A stretch of 64,000 nt of DNA from Clostridia bacterium (lineage in GTDB: Bacteria; Bacillota; Clostridia; Oscillospirales; CAG-272): positions 14,434 through 78,433 of the forward strand of contig JAFTKL010000008.1 of assembly GCA_017453285.1 (NCBI GenBank), in the 5' to 3' direction. This document shows, piece by piece, positions 33,535 through 42,368 of this stretch. The notes beneath the pieces were generated by a model. The model ran no database searches. It saw only the letters and a program-made list of their open reading frames with translations, and had not been told where the DNA came from. The position numbers were made by a program, and so were the translations under genes. The stretch's first letter is position 1; every line of letters begins with the position of its first letter.

Positions 33535-35286
33535 TTATTGTTTTTCATTGATTATATTTGCCGTCATCCGATGGAAGAATACGCTCTCGTCTCTTCCCTC
33601 TTTCGCGCACGCAAGTCTGTATTCTCTCTCGCTGTACTCGGCTGCGCGAACTGTCATCTCGCTCTCCTTTTGTACGTAGTCGTACTCGATCCAGGGCACC
33701 GGCACGCCGTGCAATCTGCCGTCGCCGCCAAGCACGGGAACGTAGTCGAGTCTCGGTGTCGCGCTATAGCCCCACGCGAGAACCTTGACACGATCCGCAC
33801 CATCCTTGGTCGACAGATGCTCGGTCTTGTAGATCACCTCTGTCGCGCATCCCTCGGGAACGAGCTCGCCGCTCACTCTGTTTGCCATTACCTCGTGCTC
33901 GTAGTCGCCAAAGCATCTGTCGGTGCTCGGATTCTCGGCAAAGGAGGACTCGGGAGACTCGGCATACGCGGGGATCGCGATGAGCGGAGCGAGGTCGAAG
34001 AATATAGATTTGAAATACTCGTTGTTGAAATTGATGAAATTGCTCTTTATCTGCTCAATGTCAAACGAGCGGTAATTGTGCGTACCCGTGTCCATCTTCC
34101 AGGAGCGGCCGTGCTCGCTCGTTATGATATTGAGTCTCTTTTGCTTTCTGAAGTAGAAATCGTCGCCATAGCCGCTCGCGTCGGTCATAAGATCGACGGT
34201 ATTCTGCTGAGCCAGCGGCGTATACATAAGTCTGAACTGCACCTCGTGGTCGCGATTATGCGCACCGAAGAGCACCTCAAACTCGGAGTTTGCCATCGCC
34301 GCAAAGTCTGCGCCCTTCTCGACCATATCCTCTGCGTGCTTGTGCAGCTTCTTCTCGCCCTTGCGGATCTTTTTCTCAAGATCCTTCTCATCAAGAAGCT
34401 CGGAGTGCTGGGGAACTCGCATGAATGTCAGATCTGGCGCCGCCTGCGATCCGTAGCAGAGGTTGGTCTCGGTGTGATACTGAGGCTCAGGCTTGGTCAG
34501 AGATGCGTGGAGCGTCTGCGTTTTTGTCCTCGTCCGCGTTCTGCCCTCGCTGTCGCGGTATGTCTCGGTCCAGCTTATCGTCAGCGTGCCGTGATATGTA
34601 TGAGTTCCCATTTCGAAAACTCTGCTCTTTAAGAAAACGAAGGGATTTTTCGCAAAGCTGCCCGAAAGGATATCGACCATACAGTCCTTCTCGCCGAGCA
34701 GATCGAAAAAGTCGTATTCCTCGCGCAAAAGTCGCTCTCTGCTACACTCAAATCTCGGCTCGAGCTCAAGCTCGGGAATAGTTTTCTCGATCAGCATCGC
34801 CGAGTCGGTATCGTCAAACAGCTCGTTGAGCGGGCGCATCTGCTCGTACGCTTCGGCAAGATGTTTTCTTGCTTTTTCAAGATGCTTCTCGTGTAGCGCA
34901 CTTGCGTCCTTGATCTTCGGATTTATGATCTTAAATATCAGCACGAGCGAGCAGACGATCACAACAGCTCCGATGCCGAGCTTTATCGCGCCGCCTGCGG
35001 CGTCGCTTTCAATGAAGGAAATGACAGACAGCAGAGCGACGATTCCGCCTATGACCGCCGCGATTATCAAAAGCACACGCAGAGTCTTATAAAGCCTTAT
35101 GCGCTTGGCTATTTTCTCTGCCGCCGCCTCTTGCGCGCGATACTTTTTGACTGTCGCGTGGTTTGCGGCAATATCAACGCCCGAACGCGCGATAAGCTCG
35201 TCAAGATACTGCCTTGCATTTTCTTCGTGCCGCGCCCGTCCTGTGTTTTTGTAAAACTTCAACGGTTCCAAAAGCTCTTGGTTCAT
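33535..35286 (-). CDS. Hypothetical 583-aa two-TM protein, operon partner of lemA
   Basis: The start was moved to MNQELLEPLKFY (RBS GAAAGGAG). Two adjacent TM helices (LRVLLIIAAVIGGIVALLSV, IGAVVIVCSLVLIF) precede a large soluble C-terminal region. A 14-nt gap separates it from lemA. Confidence 0.7.
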   Translation of the reverse strand: MNQELLEPLKFYKNTGRARHEENARQYLDELIARSGVDIAANHATVKKYRAQEAAAEKIAKRIRLYKTLRVLLIIAAVIGGIVALLSVISFIESDAAGGAIKLGIGAVVIVCSLVLIFKIINPKIKDASALHEKHLEKARKHLAEAYEQMRPLNELFDDTDSAMLIEKTIPELELEPRFECSRERLLREEYDFFDLLGEKDCMVDILSGSFAKNPFVFLKSRVFEMGTHTYHGTLTISWTETYRDSEGRTRTRTKTQTLHASLTKPEPQYHTETNLCYGSQAAPDLTFMRVPQHSELLDEKDLEKKIRKGEKKLHKHAEDMVEKGADFAAMANSEFEVLFGAHNRDHEVQFRLMYTPLAQQNTVDLMTDASGYGDDFYFRKQKRLNIITSEHGRSWKMDTGTHNYRSFDIEQIKSNFINFNNEYFKSIFFDLAPLIAIPAYAESPESSFAENPSTDRCFGDYEHEVMANRVSGELVPEGCATEVIYKTEHLSTKDGADRVKVLAWGYSATPRLDYVPVLGGDGRLHGVPVPWIEYDYVQKESEMTVRAAEYSEREYRLACAKEGRDESVFFHRMTANIINEKQ

Positions 35287-35320
35287 ATCGGTCTCCTTTC
35301 GTAATGTCTGCTTTATTTTC

Positions 35321-35349
35321 ATTATATCACGCATATTTTTATTTGTCAA
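35321..35349 (-). promoter_or_regulatory. Sigma-A promoter of the 583-aa gene/lemA operon
   Basis: On the minus strand: TTGACA (35349-35344), 17-nt spacer, TGaTATAAT (35326-35321). Confidence 0.65.
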
Positions 35350-35485
35350 TAAAAATTTAATAGCATTATTTCCCGTCATCGAATAGCATTATATTCCGCG
35401 CCTGTCACAAATTATCAAGCATATATCGAAATTGGCGGTTAAAACTAACTTTGAACGGAAATTCCGTTTAAAAGGAGGAATTCTT

Positions 35486-35701
35486 ATGATCATGGATAGA
35501 ATTGCCTTGATAATCACGATCATCGGCGCGCTCAACTGGGGCAGCATAGGTATATTCAGCTTTGACATCGTCGCCTGGATCGGCGGAGGTCAGGACGCAC
35601 TCTTTTCCCGTATCGTTTACACGATAGTTGCTCTTGCGGGAATATGGTGCGTGTCTCTCTTGTTCCGCGCGCGTGATAAATTCGAGGCTATAGACGAATA
35701 A
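35486..35701 (+). CDS. DUF378-type small membrane protein
   Basis: The start was moved to MIMDRIALIITIIGALNWGSIGIFSFDIV (RBS AAAGGAGG). The GALNWG motif is typical of DUF378. Confidence 0.75.
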   Translation: MIMDRIALIITIIGALNWGSIGIFSFDIVAWIGGGQDALFSRIVYTIVALAGIWCVSLLFRARDKFEAIDE

Positions 35702-35736
35702 AAAAGAAATGGGATCTTCTCAAAGATCCCATTTTA

Positions 35737-36354
35737 TTATTGAAAATCATTATTCTTTATCAGGTATTCTGTCGTTTTGTCATAGAGCATCGACTCGTAG
35801 ATGATCTCTGCCATATTCTCCTTGACGTACTGCTCGGTGTAGCCATAGTCCGACACGTATTTCTGCACGTACTTACCAAAAAGGCTTTGCTTTTCGCTCT
35901 CGTTCAGCGTAATATTCGCATCGCGGCGCACAAGCTCGTAGATAACGTCGTCTGCAGCCATACTCTCTGCCTCGGCTCTTATGCTCTCCTCGGTCGCGCC
36001 GACCTCACTGAGCATATCCTCGTATGACATATCCGCCTGCTCTGCGTAATATTTATACTGTGCCTCTATCTGCGAGATATAGTAGGCGACCTGCTGCTCG
36101 GGGTGGGCTATGATCTTTGCGTTCTCCTTGACCGCGCGCCATACCGCCTCGCCCTTTGAGCCCGTTCCGACCGTAACTCTAAGACGGGTATATCCGCCGA
36201 GTGTGGCATAGCCCTCAAGCTCCTGCGAGCTTACCGCACTCATATCCATCGCCTCGCCCGTATGTTCGTTTTCATCCTTTTTGCAAGAAAAGGCAAAAAG
36301 CGCGAGAACGAGACAGAGCAGAAGTGCCGCTGTTATTGTGTATCTGTTCTTCAT
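35737..36354 (-). CDS. Hypothetical lipoprotein
   Basis: The start was moved to MKNRYTITAALLLCLVLALFAFSCKKD (RBS GGAGG). The remainder looks helical and acidic. Confidence 0.65.
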   Translation of the reverse strand: MKNRYTITAALLLCLVLALFAFSCKKDENEHTGEAMDMSAVSSQELEGYATLGGYTRLRVTVGTGSKGEAVWRAVKENAKIIAHPEQQVAYYISQIEAQYKYYAEQADMSYEDMLSEVGATEESIRAEAESMAADDVIYELVRRDANITLNESEKQSLFGKYVQKYVSDYGYTEQYVKENMAEIIYESMLYDKTTEYLIKNNDFQ

Positions 36355-36417
36355 AATTCCTCCGTGTAAAAAGAAACAGTAGCCCGTTAATTTCAAGCTA
36401 CTGTCCCTCTCGAGTTA

Positions 36418-36603
36418 TTACTTGCTCTCAACGTTGAGAACTTCCTTACCGTCATAGTAACCGCAAGCCTTGCAAACACGGTGGCTTCTTACGTATTCAC
36501 CGCACTTGGGGCACTTGGTCATGCCGGGGAGCACGAGCTTCCAATTGTTAGAACGTCTCTTGTCTCTGCGAGCCTTTGATACTTTTCTCTTCGGTACTGC
36601 CAT
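36418..36603 (-). CDS. rpmF: 50S ribosomal protein L32
   Basis: The protein is [23 protein letters not shown]...[20 protein letters not shown], with the RBS AAGGAGG. Confidence 0.95.
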   Translation of the reverse strand: MAVPKRKVSKARRDKRRSNNWKLVLPGMTKCPKCGEYVRSHRVCKACGYYDGKEVLNVESK

Positions 36604-36660
36604 AGTTACACCTCCTTGAAGCGTGTAAAACACGACTTTCAATTTATATTAAAAATTTTT

Positions 36661-37179
36661 TTATTTTTCGTCTTGGTCTTTGTCAAAGAAATTCTTGAGC
36701 ACTGCGAGCCGAGGATCTATCTCCTTGAACACACAACCGCAATCACCCTCGCGCTTCGGCTTACCACACTTGGGGCAAAGTCCCTCGCAATCCTCCGAGC
36801 AAAGAAGTCTTAACGGAAATCCGAGCAGAAGCTCCTCGCGGAGCGGCTCGTCAACGTCAAGCTCGTTGCCGCACAGCACGACGTATTCGTCGGCAAGCTC
36901 TTCAAGCTTATCCTCGTCGATAGTTCCCTCAGTGGTAACCGTGCGTTCGAAGTCAAGAGAGAAAACTCCGTCGACCGGAGCAAGACATCTCGCACATTCT
37001 CCGTGATAAACAAGCTCTGCCTTGAGACACAGGCGCATATATCCGCTATTGTCCGTAAGCGTACCCGATACGCGCGCGTCCTCAAACTCTACACCGTCGA
37101 GCTGCTCGGGGGAGAGCATATAGTCGATATCGATTTTTCGAATCTCTCCGCGGAGAAGCGGAGCAACGTCAACGACCAT
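36661..37179 (-). CDS. yceD: YceD/DUF177 family protein (large-subunit rRNA accumulation)
   Basis: It occupies the conserved position upstream of rpmF. It has C-terminal Cys pairs (CSEDCEGLCPKCG). The start was moved to MVVDVAPLLRGE (RBS GGAGG). Confidence 0.8.
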   Translation of the reverse strand: MVVDVAPLLRGEIRKIDIDYMLSPEQLDGVEFEDARVSGTLTDNSGYMRLCLKAELVYHGECARCLAPVDGVFSLDFERTVTTEGTIDEDKLEELADEYVVLCGNELDVDEPLREELLLGFPLRLLCSEDCEGLCPKCGKPKREGDCGCVFKEIDPRLAVLKNFFDKDQDEK

Positions 37180-37397
37180 ATTTTCCTCCGTTGCGATCTT
37201 GGTTTTTAGCACACATTTTTTCTTGACATAAAATGCGACAATACATATTATAATTCATTTTCCTTCAGTTGTCAAGAGTTTTTTTAAATATTCTTTGCAA
37301 ATAAAATATTTTTGCCGATATTTATAAAAATTCTTTACTTTTTTTGCTCTCTATGATAAAATTGTATTAAAGTAAACTTGGTTTTGTGAGGCTTATT

Positions 37398-38285
37398 ATG
37401 TCAATAGATCAGCTTTCTCACTTTTCATATGAAAGAAATGCTCTCTCGATGATGCCCGTGCGCCCCGCGCGCTCGAACAAGGGCGACTTCGGCAGAGTTC
37501 TGTGCGTTTGCGGCTCGCGCGGTATGTCGGGCGCGGCGTACCTTTCGGCAAAGGCAGCCTATCGCACGGGTGCGGGGCTCGTCGAGATCTTCACACATGA
37601 ATGCAACAGAATCGCGCTCCAGACCTCTTTGCCCAAGGCTATCGTCACGACCTACACCGACGAATACGACAAAAATACCCTGCTCTGCTCGCTCGAGCGC
37701 GCGGATACGGTGGTCGTCGGTTGCGGACTCGGGCTCACGCCGCTCTCGCGCACTATCTTCTCGGACATTCTGCACTCGCTCGAGGGAAAGGAGATCCCCC
37801 TCGTCATAGATGCGGACGCGATAAACCTGCTCGCGCGCAGTCGCTCGCTGCTAAAATACGTTCGCGGTGCGGTGCTGACTCCGCACTTTATGGAGGCTTC
37901 GCGCCTGCTTGACCGCCCGATAGGCGAGCTTCTTCCCCACACCGCCTCTGTCGCGCACGAGATCGCAGAACGTTACGGTGCAGTCTGCGTAATGAAGGAT
38001 CACGAAAGTGCGGTATCCGACGGCGGCACACGCGTGTATATAAATAAGTCGGGCAACAGCGGAATGGCGACAGGCGGCTCGGGCGACGTGCTTGCGGGAA
38101 TTCTCGGCGGACTTCTCTCGCAGAATTCAAAAGCCGCTCTCTCGCTCTCCAAACTTGAAGCGGTCGCGCTCGGCGTGTATATCCACGGCCTTGCGGGTGA
38201 CGCGGCTGCAATAAAGCTCGGTGAATACTCGCTTATGGCGACAGACATCATCGACGCGCTCCCGAGCGTGCTGAATTTCAGATAA
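37398..38285 (+). CDS. nnrD: ADP-dependent NAD(P)H-hydrate dehydratase (YjeF C-terminal / carbohydrate-kinase-like)
   Basis: It shows ..RSNKGDFGRVLCVCGSRGMSGAAYLSAKAAYRTGAG.. and GMATGGSGDVLAGILGGLL. Confidence 0.85.
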   Translation: MSIDQLSHFSYERNALSMMPVRPARSNKGDFGRVLCVCGSRGMSGAAYLSAKAAYRTGAGLVEIFTHECNRIALQTSLPKAIVTTYTDEYDKNTLLCSLERADTVVVGCGLGLTPLSRTIFSDILHSLEGKEIPLVIDADAINLLARSRSLLKYVRGAVLTPHFMEASRLLDRPIGELLPHTASVAHEIAERYGAVCVMKDHESAVSDGGTRVYINKSGNSGMATGGSGDVLAGILGGLLSQNSKAALSLSKLEAVALGVYIHGLAGDAAAIKLGEYSLMATDIIDALPSVLNFR

Positions 38286-38295
38286 CGGAGGCAGT

Positions 38296-39654
38296 ATGAA
38301 AAGAATAATTTCTCTTTTACTCATCCTCTGCACTCTTCTCGCGCTCATATCCTGCAACGAGACAGACGAGCCGAGTGCGTGCGAGAGTGAGATGCCAACA
38401 GAAGCGACCGAGAAGGCTACAAAGCCAAAGCAGACCGACAAAGACAAAGGAGACAAACCTATGATAAAGCCGAGCGAGGACGGAATACTTAAGATCCTCA
38501 CGATAGGAAACAGCTTTTCGGACGACACGATGCAGTATCTTTACAAGGTTGCAAAGAGCGCGGGTGTTGAGAAGATAAAGCTCGGAAATCTTTATATCGG
38601 CGGCTGCTCGCTTGACATTCACGCGAGCAACGCAAGAAACAACGCACGCGCGTACGACTACCGGACCAATTCGGCTGACTCGTGGGTGACTGCGCCAAGC
38701 TACAGAATGAAGGACGCAATACTTTCGGAGAATTGGGATTTTATATCGCTCCAGCAAGCGAGCGGCAGCAGCGGAATTGCCGACACCTATTCAGAGCTTG
38801 AATATCTGATCGGATACGTGCGAGAGCTCGCGCCCGAATCAAAGCTTGTCTGGAATATGACCTGGGCTTATCAGCAGGATTCGACGCACGGCGAATTTCC
38901 CAAATACGAGAGCGATCAGCTCAAAATGTACGAAAGCATCGTCGGCGCGGTGCAAAGCAGAGCGCTTGCGTGCGGCGAGTTTGAGCATATAGTTCCGAAC
39001 GGAACGGCGATACAGAACGCGCGCACGTCCTACGTTGGTGACAGACTGACGCGCGACGGCTTCCATCTCTCGCTCGACCTCGGCAGATATATCGCGTCGC
39101 TCACCTTCTTCTCAGAGCTCACGGGAATTTCGATCGAAAATATCGAATACGCCCCCGACGGCGTTGATCCCGATCTGCAAAAGATCGCCATAGAGGCGGC
39201 GACAAACGCGATCGCAGAGCCGTGGCAGGTGACAAATTCGGTCTACACCGAAGAGCCCGTGTTTGACGAAAGCCTTTACGAGCTTCTTGATCTCGAGATC
39301 ACGCTTCTCGGCTATTGGAACTCGGCATCGGGTGCGACCTCGATCGACACTGTATCCTCGAACCATATAAATTTCGCGGCAAGCAGAAAGTTCTCGCCCG
39401 AGGATATCCCCGTCGGCAGTGTGATAGTCCTCGCTGACGGCTGGCGTTACCGCCCTGACGCGTGGAAGAGCGCAGGTCCGCAATCCTCGCGCCCCGACAA
39501 CGTCACCGCAAAGCGTGTGGTCGTCACGGAGTCGTGGTGGGGTGAGTACATAAACCGCGCGTTCAACATATCCAAAGCCGACGGCTCCTCGCTCGAGGGA
39601 GTTACGCTTGACGAGATAAATCAGGCGTTCAAGATCTACGTACCGAAGGGTTGA
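38296..39654 (+). CDS. Lipoprotein with a DUF4886 / SGNH-hydrolase-like domain
   Basis: The N-terminus is MKRIISLLLILCTLLALISCNE (lipobox). The domain begins LKILTIGNSFSDDTMQYL...GNLYIGGCSLDIH. Confidence 0.7.
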   Translation: MKRIISLLLILCTLLALISCNETDEPSACESEMPTEATEKATKPKQTDKDKGDKPMIKPSEDGILKILTIGNSFSDDTMQYLYKVAKSAGVEKIKLGNLYIGGCSLDIHASNARNNARAYDYRTNSADSWVTAPSYRMKDAILSENWDFISLQQASGSSGIADTYSELEYLIGYVRELAPESKLVWNMTWAYQQDSTHGEFPKYESDQLKMYESIVGAVQSRALACGEFEHIVPNGTAIQNARTSYVGDRLTRDGFHLSLDLGRYIASLTFFSELTGISIENIEYAPDGVDPDLQKIAIEAATNAIAEPWQVTNSVYTEEPVFDESLYELLDLEITLLGYWNSASGATSIDTVSSNHINFAASRKFSPEDIPVGSVIVLADGWRYRPDAWKSAGPQSSRPDNVTAKRVVVTESWWGEYINRAFNISKADGSSLEGVTLDEINQAFKIYVPKG

Positions 39655-39683
39655 AATATTCTGAAAATAATAAATTATCCTCA

Positions 39684-39710
39684 AAAAGCACCGCGAAAGC
39701 GGTGCTTTTT
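39684..39710 (+). terminator. Intrinsic terminator
   Basis: The sequence is aaaagcaccgc-gaaa-gcggtgctttt followed by T. Confidence 0.8.
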
Positions 39711-39861
39711 GGTTATAGGCGGAGGTGCATTTTGTGACCGTAACGACCTCGGACGACCACATGGCAAGCCTGCAAGTTTTCTTCGAAAACATTGTGGTCG
39801 CCCCTACAATCATAGATATATGCCGTTTATTTGCTCAACAGACAAAGGCATCTATCTCTGC

Positions 39862-40209
39862 CTTCACAATTAAAATGAAAAAGAAACACGCGGTGGGTTG
39901 TCCGTCCGCGTGTTTCTACATCGCTTTTGTATTAAATTACAAATCGGGGATGTCGCTTTGGTTTACAATATCCCAAATCACCTTAGGGAATATCGGTGTG
40001 ATTTACGAATGCCCCCTACACCAACACCCGCAGGAAGTTCTTTTGATTTTCAAGTCGGCGCGTCCTGCGGACGATGAAGCCGACTTGAAAATAGGAAAAA
40101 ACAAGGAGTATTGGGCACGCGCTACGCGTTCGTGCTCAAGACGACTATGTTTTTGACCGAATTCTTTTCTTTCAAGAAAAGAACAGAAAAAACTCACTTC
40201 AAGCTAACT
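39862..40209 (-). repeat. Structured intergenic module, copy A (carries a ~115-bp internal insertion)
   Basis: It aligns to 46025-46250, apart from an extra hairpin-rich segment at 40049-40163. On the minus strand it begins at the stop codon of the metallophosphoesterase gene. It ends in a 12-bp-stem hairpin (39882-39917) followed by a T-run. Confidence 0.8.
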
Positions 40210-41032
40210 AAACCAGCGTTATCTCGCGGGCATATCCGTGATAGCCGCCCGCGGTCGTGATCTGTATCGCGCCGCCGGGGAGCTTCTCTTCGAAATTGAT
40301 ATGCGTATGTCCCGTTACGATAGCCTTTATCTGCGGCTCGCTGTTAATATACTCTATCGCGCGCAGAGTCACCTCGTCGGGTGACTGCTGACGGTCTCTG
40401 TCGGACGGATATTTGTCCGTATACTCGCGCGGTGCGCCCATAAGGAAAGCGCACTTGTTGCCGTTCGCAAGTATCTGATCCGCCTGCGCTCTCGTAAAGA
40501 GCGGAATGTGAAGGCCAAGCACGATCGGATATCCGCGTGCCGCCTCGGCACGAAGCAGCTCGATCTGTCCTTCGGTCATAAGGTAATAGGAATCATCAAG
40601 CGTTACGAAGTTGACTCCGTCGATCACACGCGAGTAGAAATAGAGGTTGTTGGGCAGGTGGGGCGCGGAATATTTTATTCTCTCCCACTTGTATGCGTAA
40701 TCCTCTTTAGCCTTGCCGACGAAATGGCAGAAATCGTGATTTCCCGCCGCGTATATGGTATCGGTCGAGAGAAGATATTTGTCCGCAAAAGCAAAATTGC
40801 TCTCTGTATGCGCGTCAAGCAGATCTCCCGTGTTGAGCATCGTAAGTCCGTTCTCCTTGGCATACGCGCAAGTCTGATGGAAATACTCCTCAGCGTTCGA
40901 AAAATACTTAAATCTTCCGCGCTCGTCGCCCTCGTCGTCAAGCGCGATATGTGAATCGGTAACGTGAAGCACCTTCACCTCGTGACCAAGTCCGATGTCT
41001 ACCGTCGTCTTTAATATTTTAAGCTCGGGCAT
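40208..41032 (-). CDS. Metallophosphoesterase (calcineurin-like)
   Basis: It shows the motifs VLHVTDSH, NTGDLLD, AAGNHD, GLHIP and TGHTH. Confidence 0.85.
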   Translation of the reverse strand: MPELKILKTTVDIGLGHEVKVLHVTDSHIALDDEGDERGRFKYFSNAEEYFHQTCAYAKENGLTMLNTGDLLDAHTESNFAFADKYLLSTDTIYAAGNHDFCHFVGKAKEDYAYKWERIKYSAPHLPNNLYFYSRVIDGVNFVTLDDSYYLMTEGQIELLRAEAARGYPIVLGLHIPLFTRAQADQILANGNKCAFLMGAPREYTDKYPSDRDRQQSPDEVTLRAIEYINSEPQIKAIVTGHTHINFEEKLPGGAIQITTAGGYHGYAREITLV

Positions 41033-42165
41033 CAGTCAATTCTCCATTTCGTGTAAAGTATCGACGTGCGCAGATCGTCGCCGTAAGGCTGATAGTAAAC
41101 TGTTACGAGCGATCCGTCGGCAAGCTCTGTCGTCGCAGGATAGCCGAGGTCGCCGTTGCGAGCGTCAGAGAGGATGAATTCCTCGCTGAAGGTGCGACAG
41201 CCGTCATAGCTGACTACCGCGCGAATGCCGAAGGGCGCACTTCTTCTGCCGTAGGTGACGAGTATCGAGCCGTCCTTGCGCAGAAGCAGGTGCGGAGGCG
41301 AGCCGATCTTGCCGAGGCTCCAAAGCTCGCTCCAGGTCTTTCCTCCGTCCTTGGACGAGGTGAAATATACTCCGAAATGATCGTATGCGGGATCGTCGTG
41401 CGCGCGGATCGCGACTATGATCTCACCGTCGGGAGTCTCAACGAGGTGAGGCTCGCAGAGATCCTTGTTTGCCGCGCCGTTCTTGCCGGGGAGCTTGGAT
41501 ACGTACTCCCAGCTCTCGCCGCCGTCAAAGCTCTCGTAAAGGAAGAGAGCCTCTCTGTCCTCTACAGGTGTCGTATCGGCAGAGTCGTCAAAATCATTGC
41601 TGTATCTGTTGGGAAGTCCGGGGAATTCGCGACCGACGTAGAGAAGTCTGCCGCTGACCGTCTTGACAGGTCCGTGTGGTGCGGAAACGACGGTCTTTAT
41701 GGGGTCTCCCCAGGTCTTGCCGTAGTCGTTCGAAATTCTGATAAACGAACCCGCTCTGTCCTGCTCGGGAGTATAGGTCTTGTAAGCCTCAAGGAAGCCC
41801 TCAAGCAGCGGCTTGAACTCGTCCTCAGCGTCGCCTACTATCCAATTTCTCCATATACCTTGATATATTACTGCAGGGTGATTGAACCAGGAGACGATCA
41901 TTCGTCCGTTGCCAAGATAAGTAAGTCCTGCATCTCTGTCGTCAAGCCAGGTGTCGTTGATGATGCTCGGCACGCTCCAGGTCTCGCCGCCGTCGGTCGA
42001 CGTGAACATCAGATCCTTACCAAACGTGCAAACGTGAGACGAGCGGTGTCCCGAGCAAGCGGCGTAGAGCACGCCGTTCTCGTCCTGAGTCACGGTCGGC
42101 CACGCCTGATAGCGAAACGGTCCCTCGTTTACTCTGTATACAATTCCCTTTTTGATTATCTTCAT
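41032..42165 (-). CDS. BNR/Asp-box six-bladed propeller protein (sialidase-fold, GH33-like), leaderless
   Basis: It has four Asp-boxes: STDGGETW, SNDYGKTW, SFDGGESW and SKDGGKTW. Its stop overlaps the start of the downstream phosphoesterase (TGATG). Confidence 0.75.
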   Translation of the reverse strand: MKIIKKGIVYRVNEGPFRYQAWPTVTQDENGVLYAACSGHRSSHVCTFGKDLMFTSTDGGETWSVPSIINDTWLDDRDAGLTYLGNGRMIVSWFNHPAVIYQGIWRNWIVGDAEDEFKPLLEGFLEAYKTYTPEQDRAGSFIRISNDYGKTWGDPIKTVVSAPHGPVKTVSGRLLYVGREFPGLPNRYSNDFDDSADTTPVEDREALFLYESFDGGESWEYVSKLPGKNGAANKDLCEPHLVETPDGEIIVAIRAHDDPAYDHFGVYFTSSKDGGKTWSELWSLGKIGSPPHLLLRKDGSILVTYGRRSAPFGIRAVVSYDGCRTFSEEFILSDARNGDLGYPATTELADGSLVTVYYQPYGDDLRTSILYTKWRID

Positions 42166-42284
42166 AGTCTTTACCTCCTTTTCGGTAAGCTTGCTGATGC
42201 CATTTTAACATACGCACCGCCAAATGTCAATACGAAAACAAGATAATTTTATATAAATAATAAAGTAAAAAAACACTATGACTC

Positions 42285-42313
42285 TTGACATTTGCCAAAA
42301 GATGTGATATACT
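42285..42313 (+). promoter_or_regulatory. Sigma-A promoter of ileS
   Basis: TTGACA (42285-42290), 17-nt spacer, TATACT (42308-42313). It lies about 55 nt before the ATG at 42369. Confidence 0.65.
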
Positions 42314-42368
42314 GTATTATCTATTAAAATGTGAAAGTATGTCAAAAACAGAAAGGACAGAAAACGAT

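Noticed and set aside
32196-35400. Possibility of a prophage or integrative element at tRNA-Ser.
   Set aside because: There is no integrase, no duplicated tRNA 3' end and no phage-like genes. The neighbouring genes (lemA and its partner) look chromosomal.
39725-40156. ORFs across the 226-bp module that share an MSLW(L/F)TI.Q..LGNIG peptide: 39725-40156, 46106-46291 and 46152-46772.
   Set aside because: Differences between the copies are not concentrated at third codon positions. The frames diverge after about 20 codons. No RBS is present, and one ORF is antisense to a real gene. I interpret the module as non-coding.
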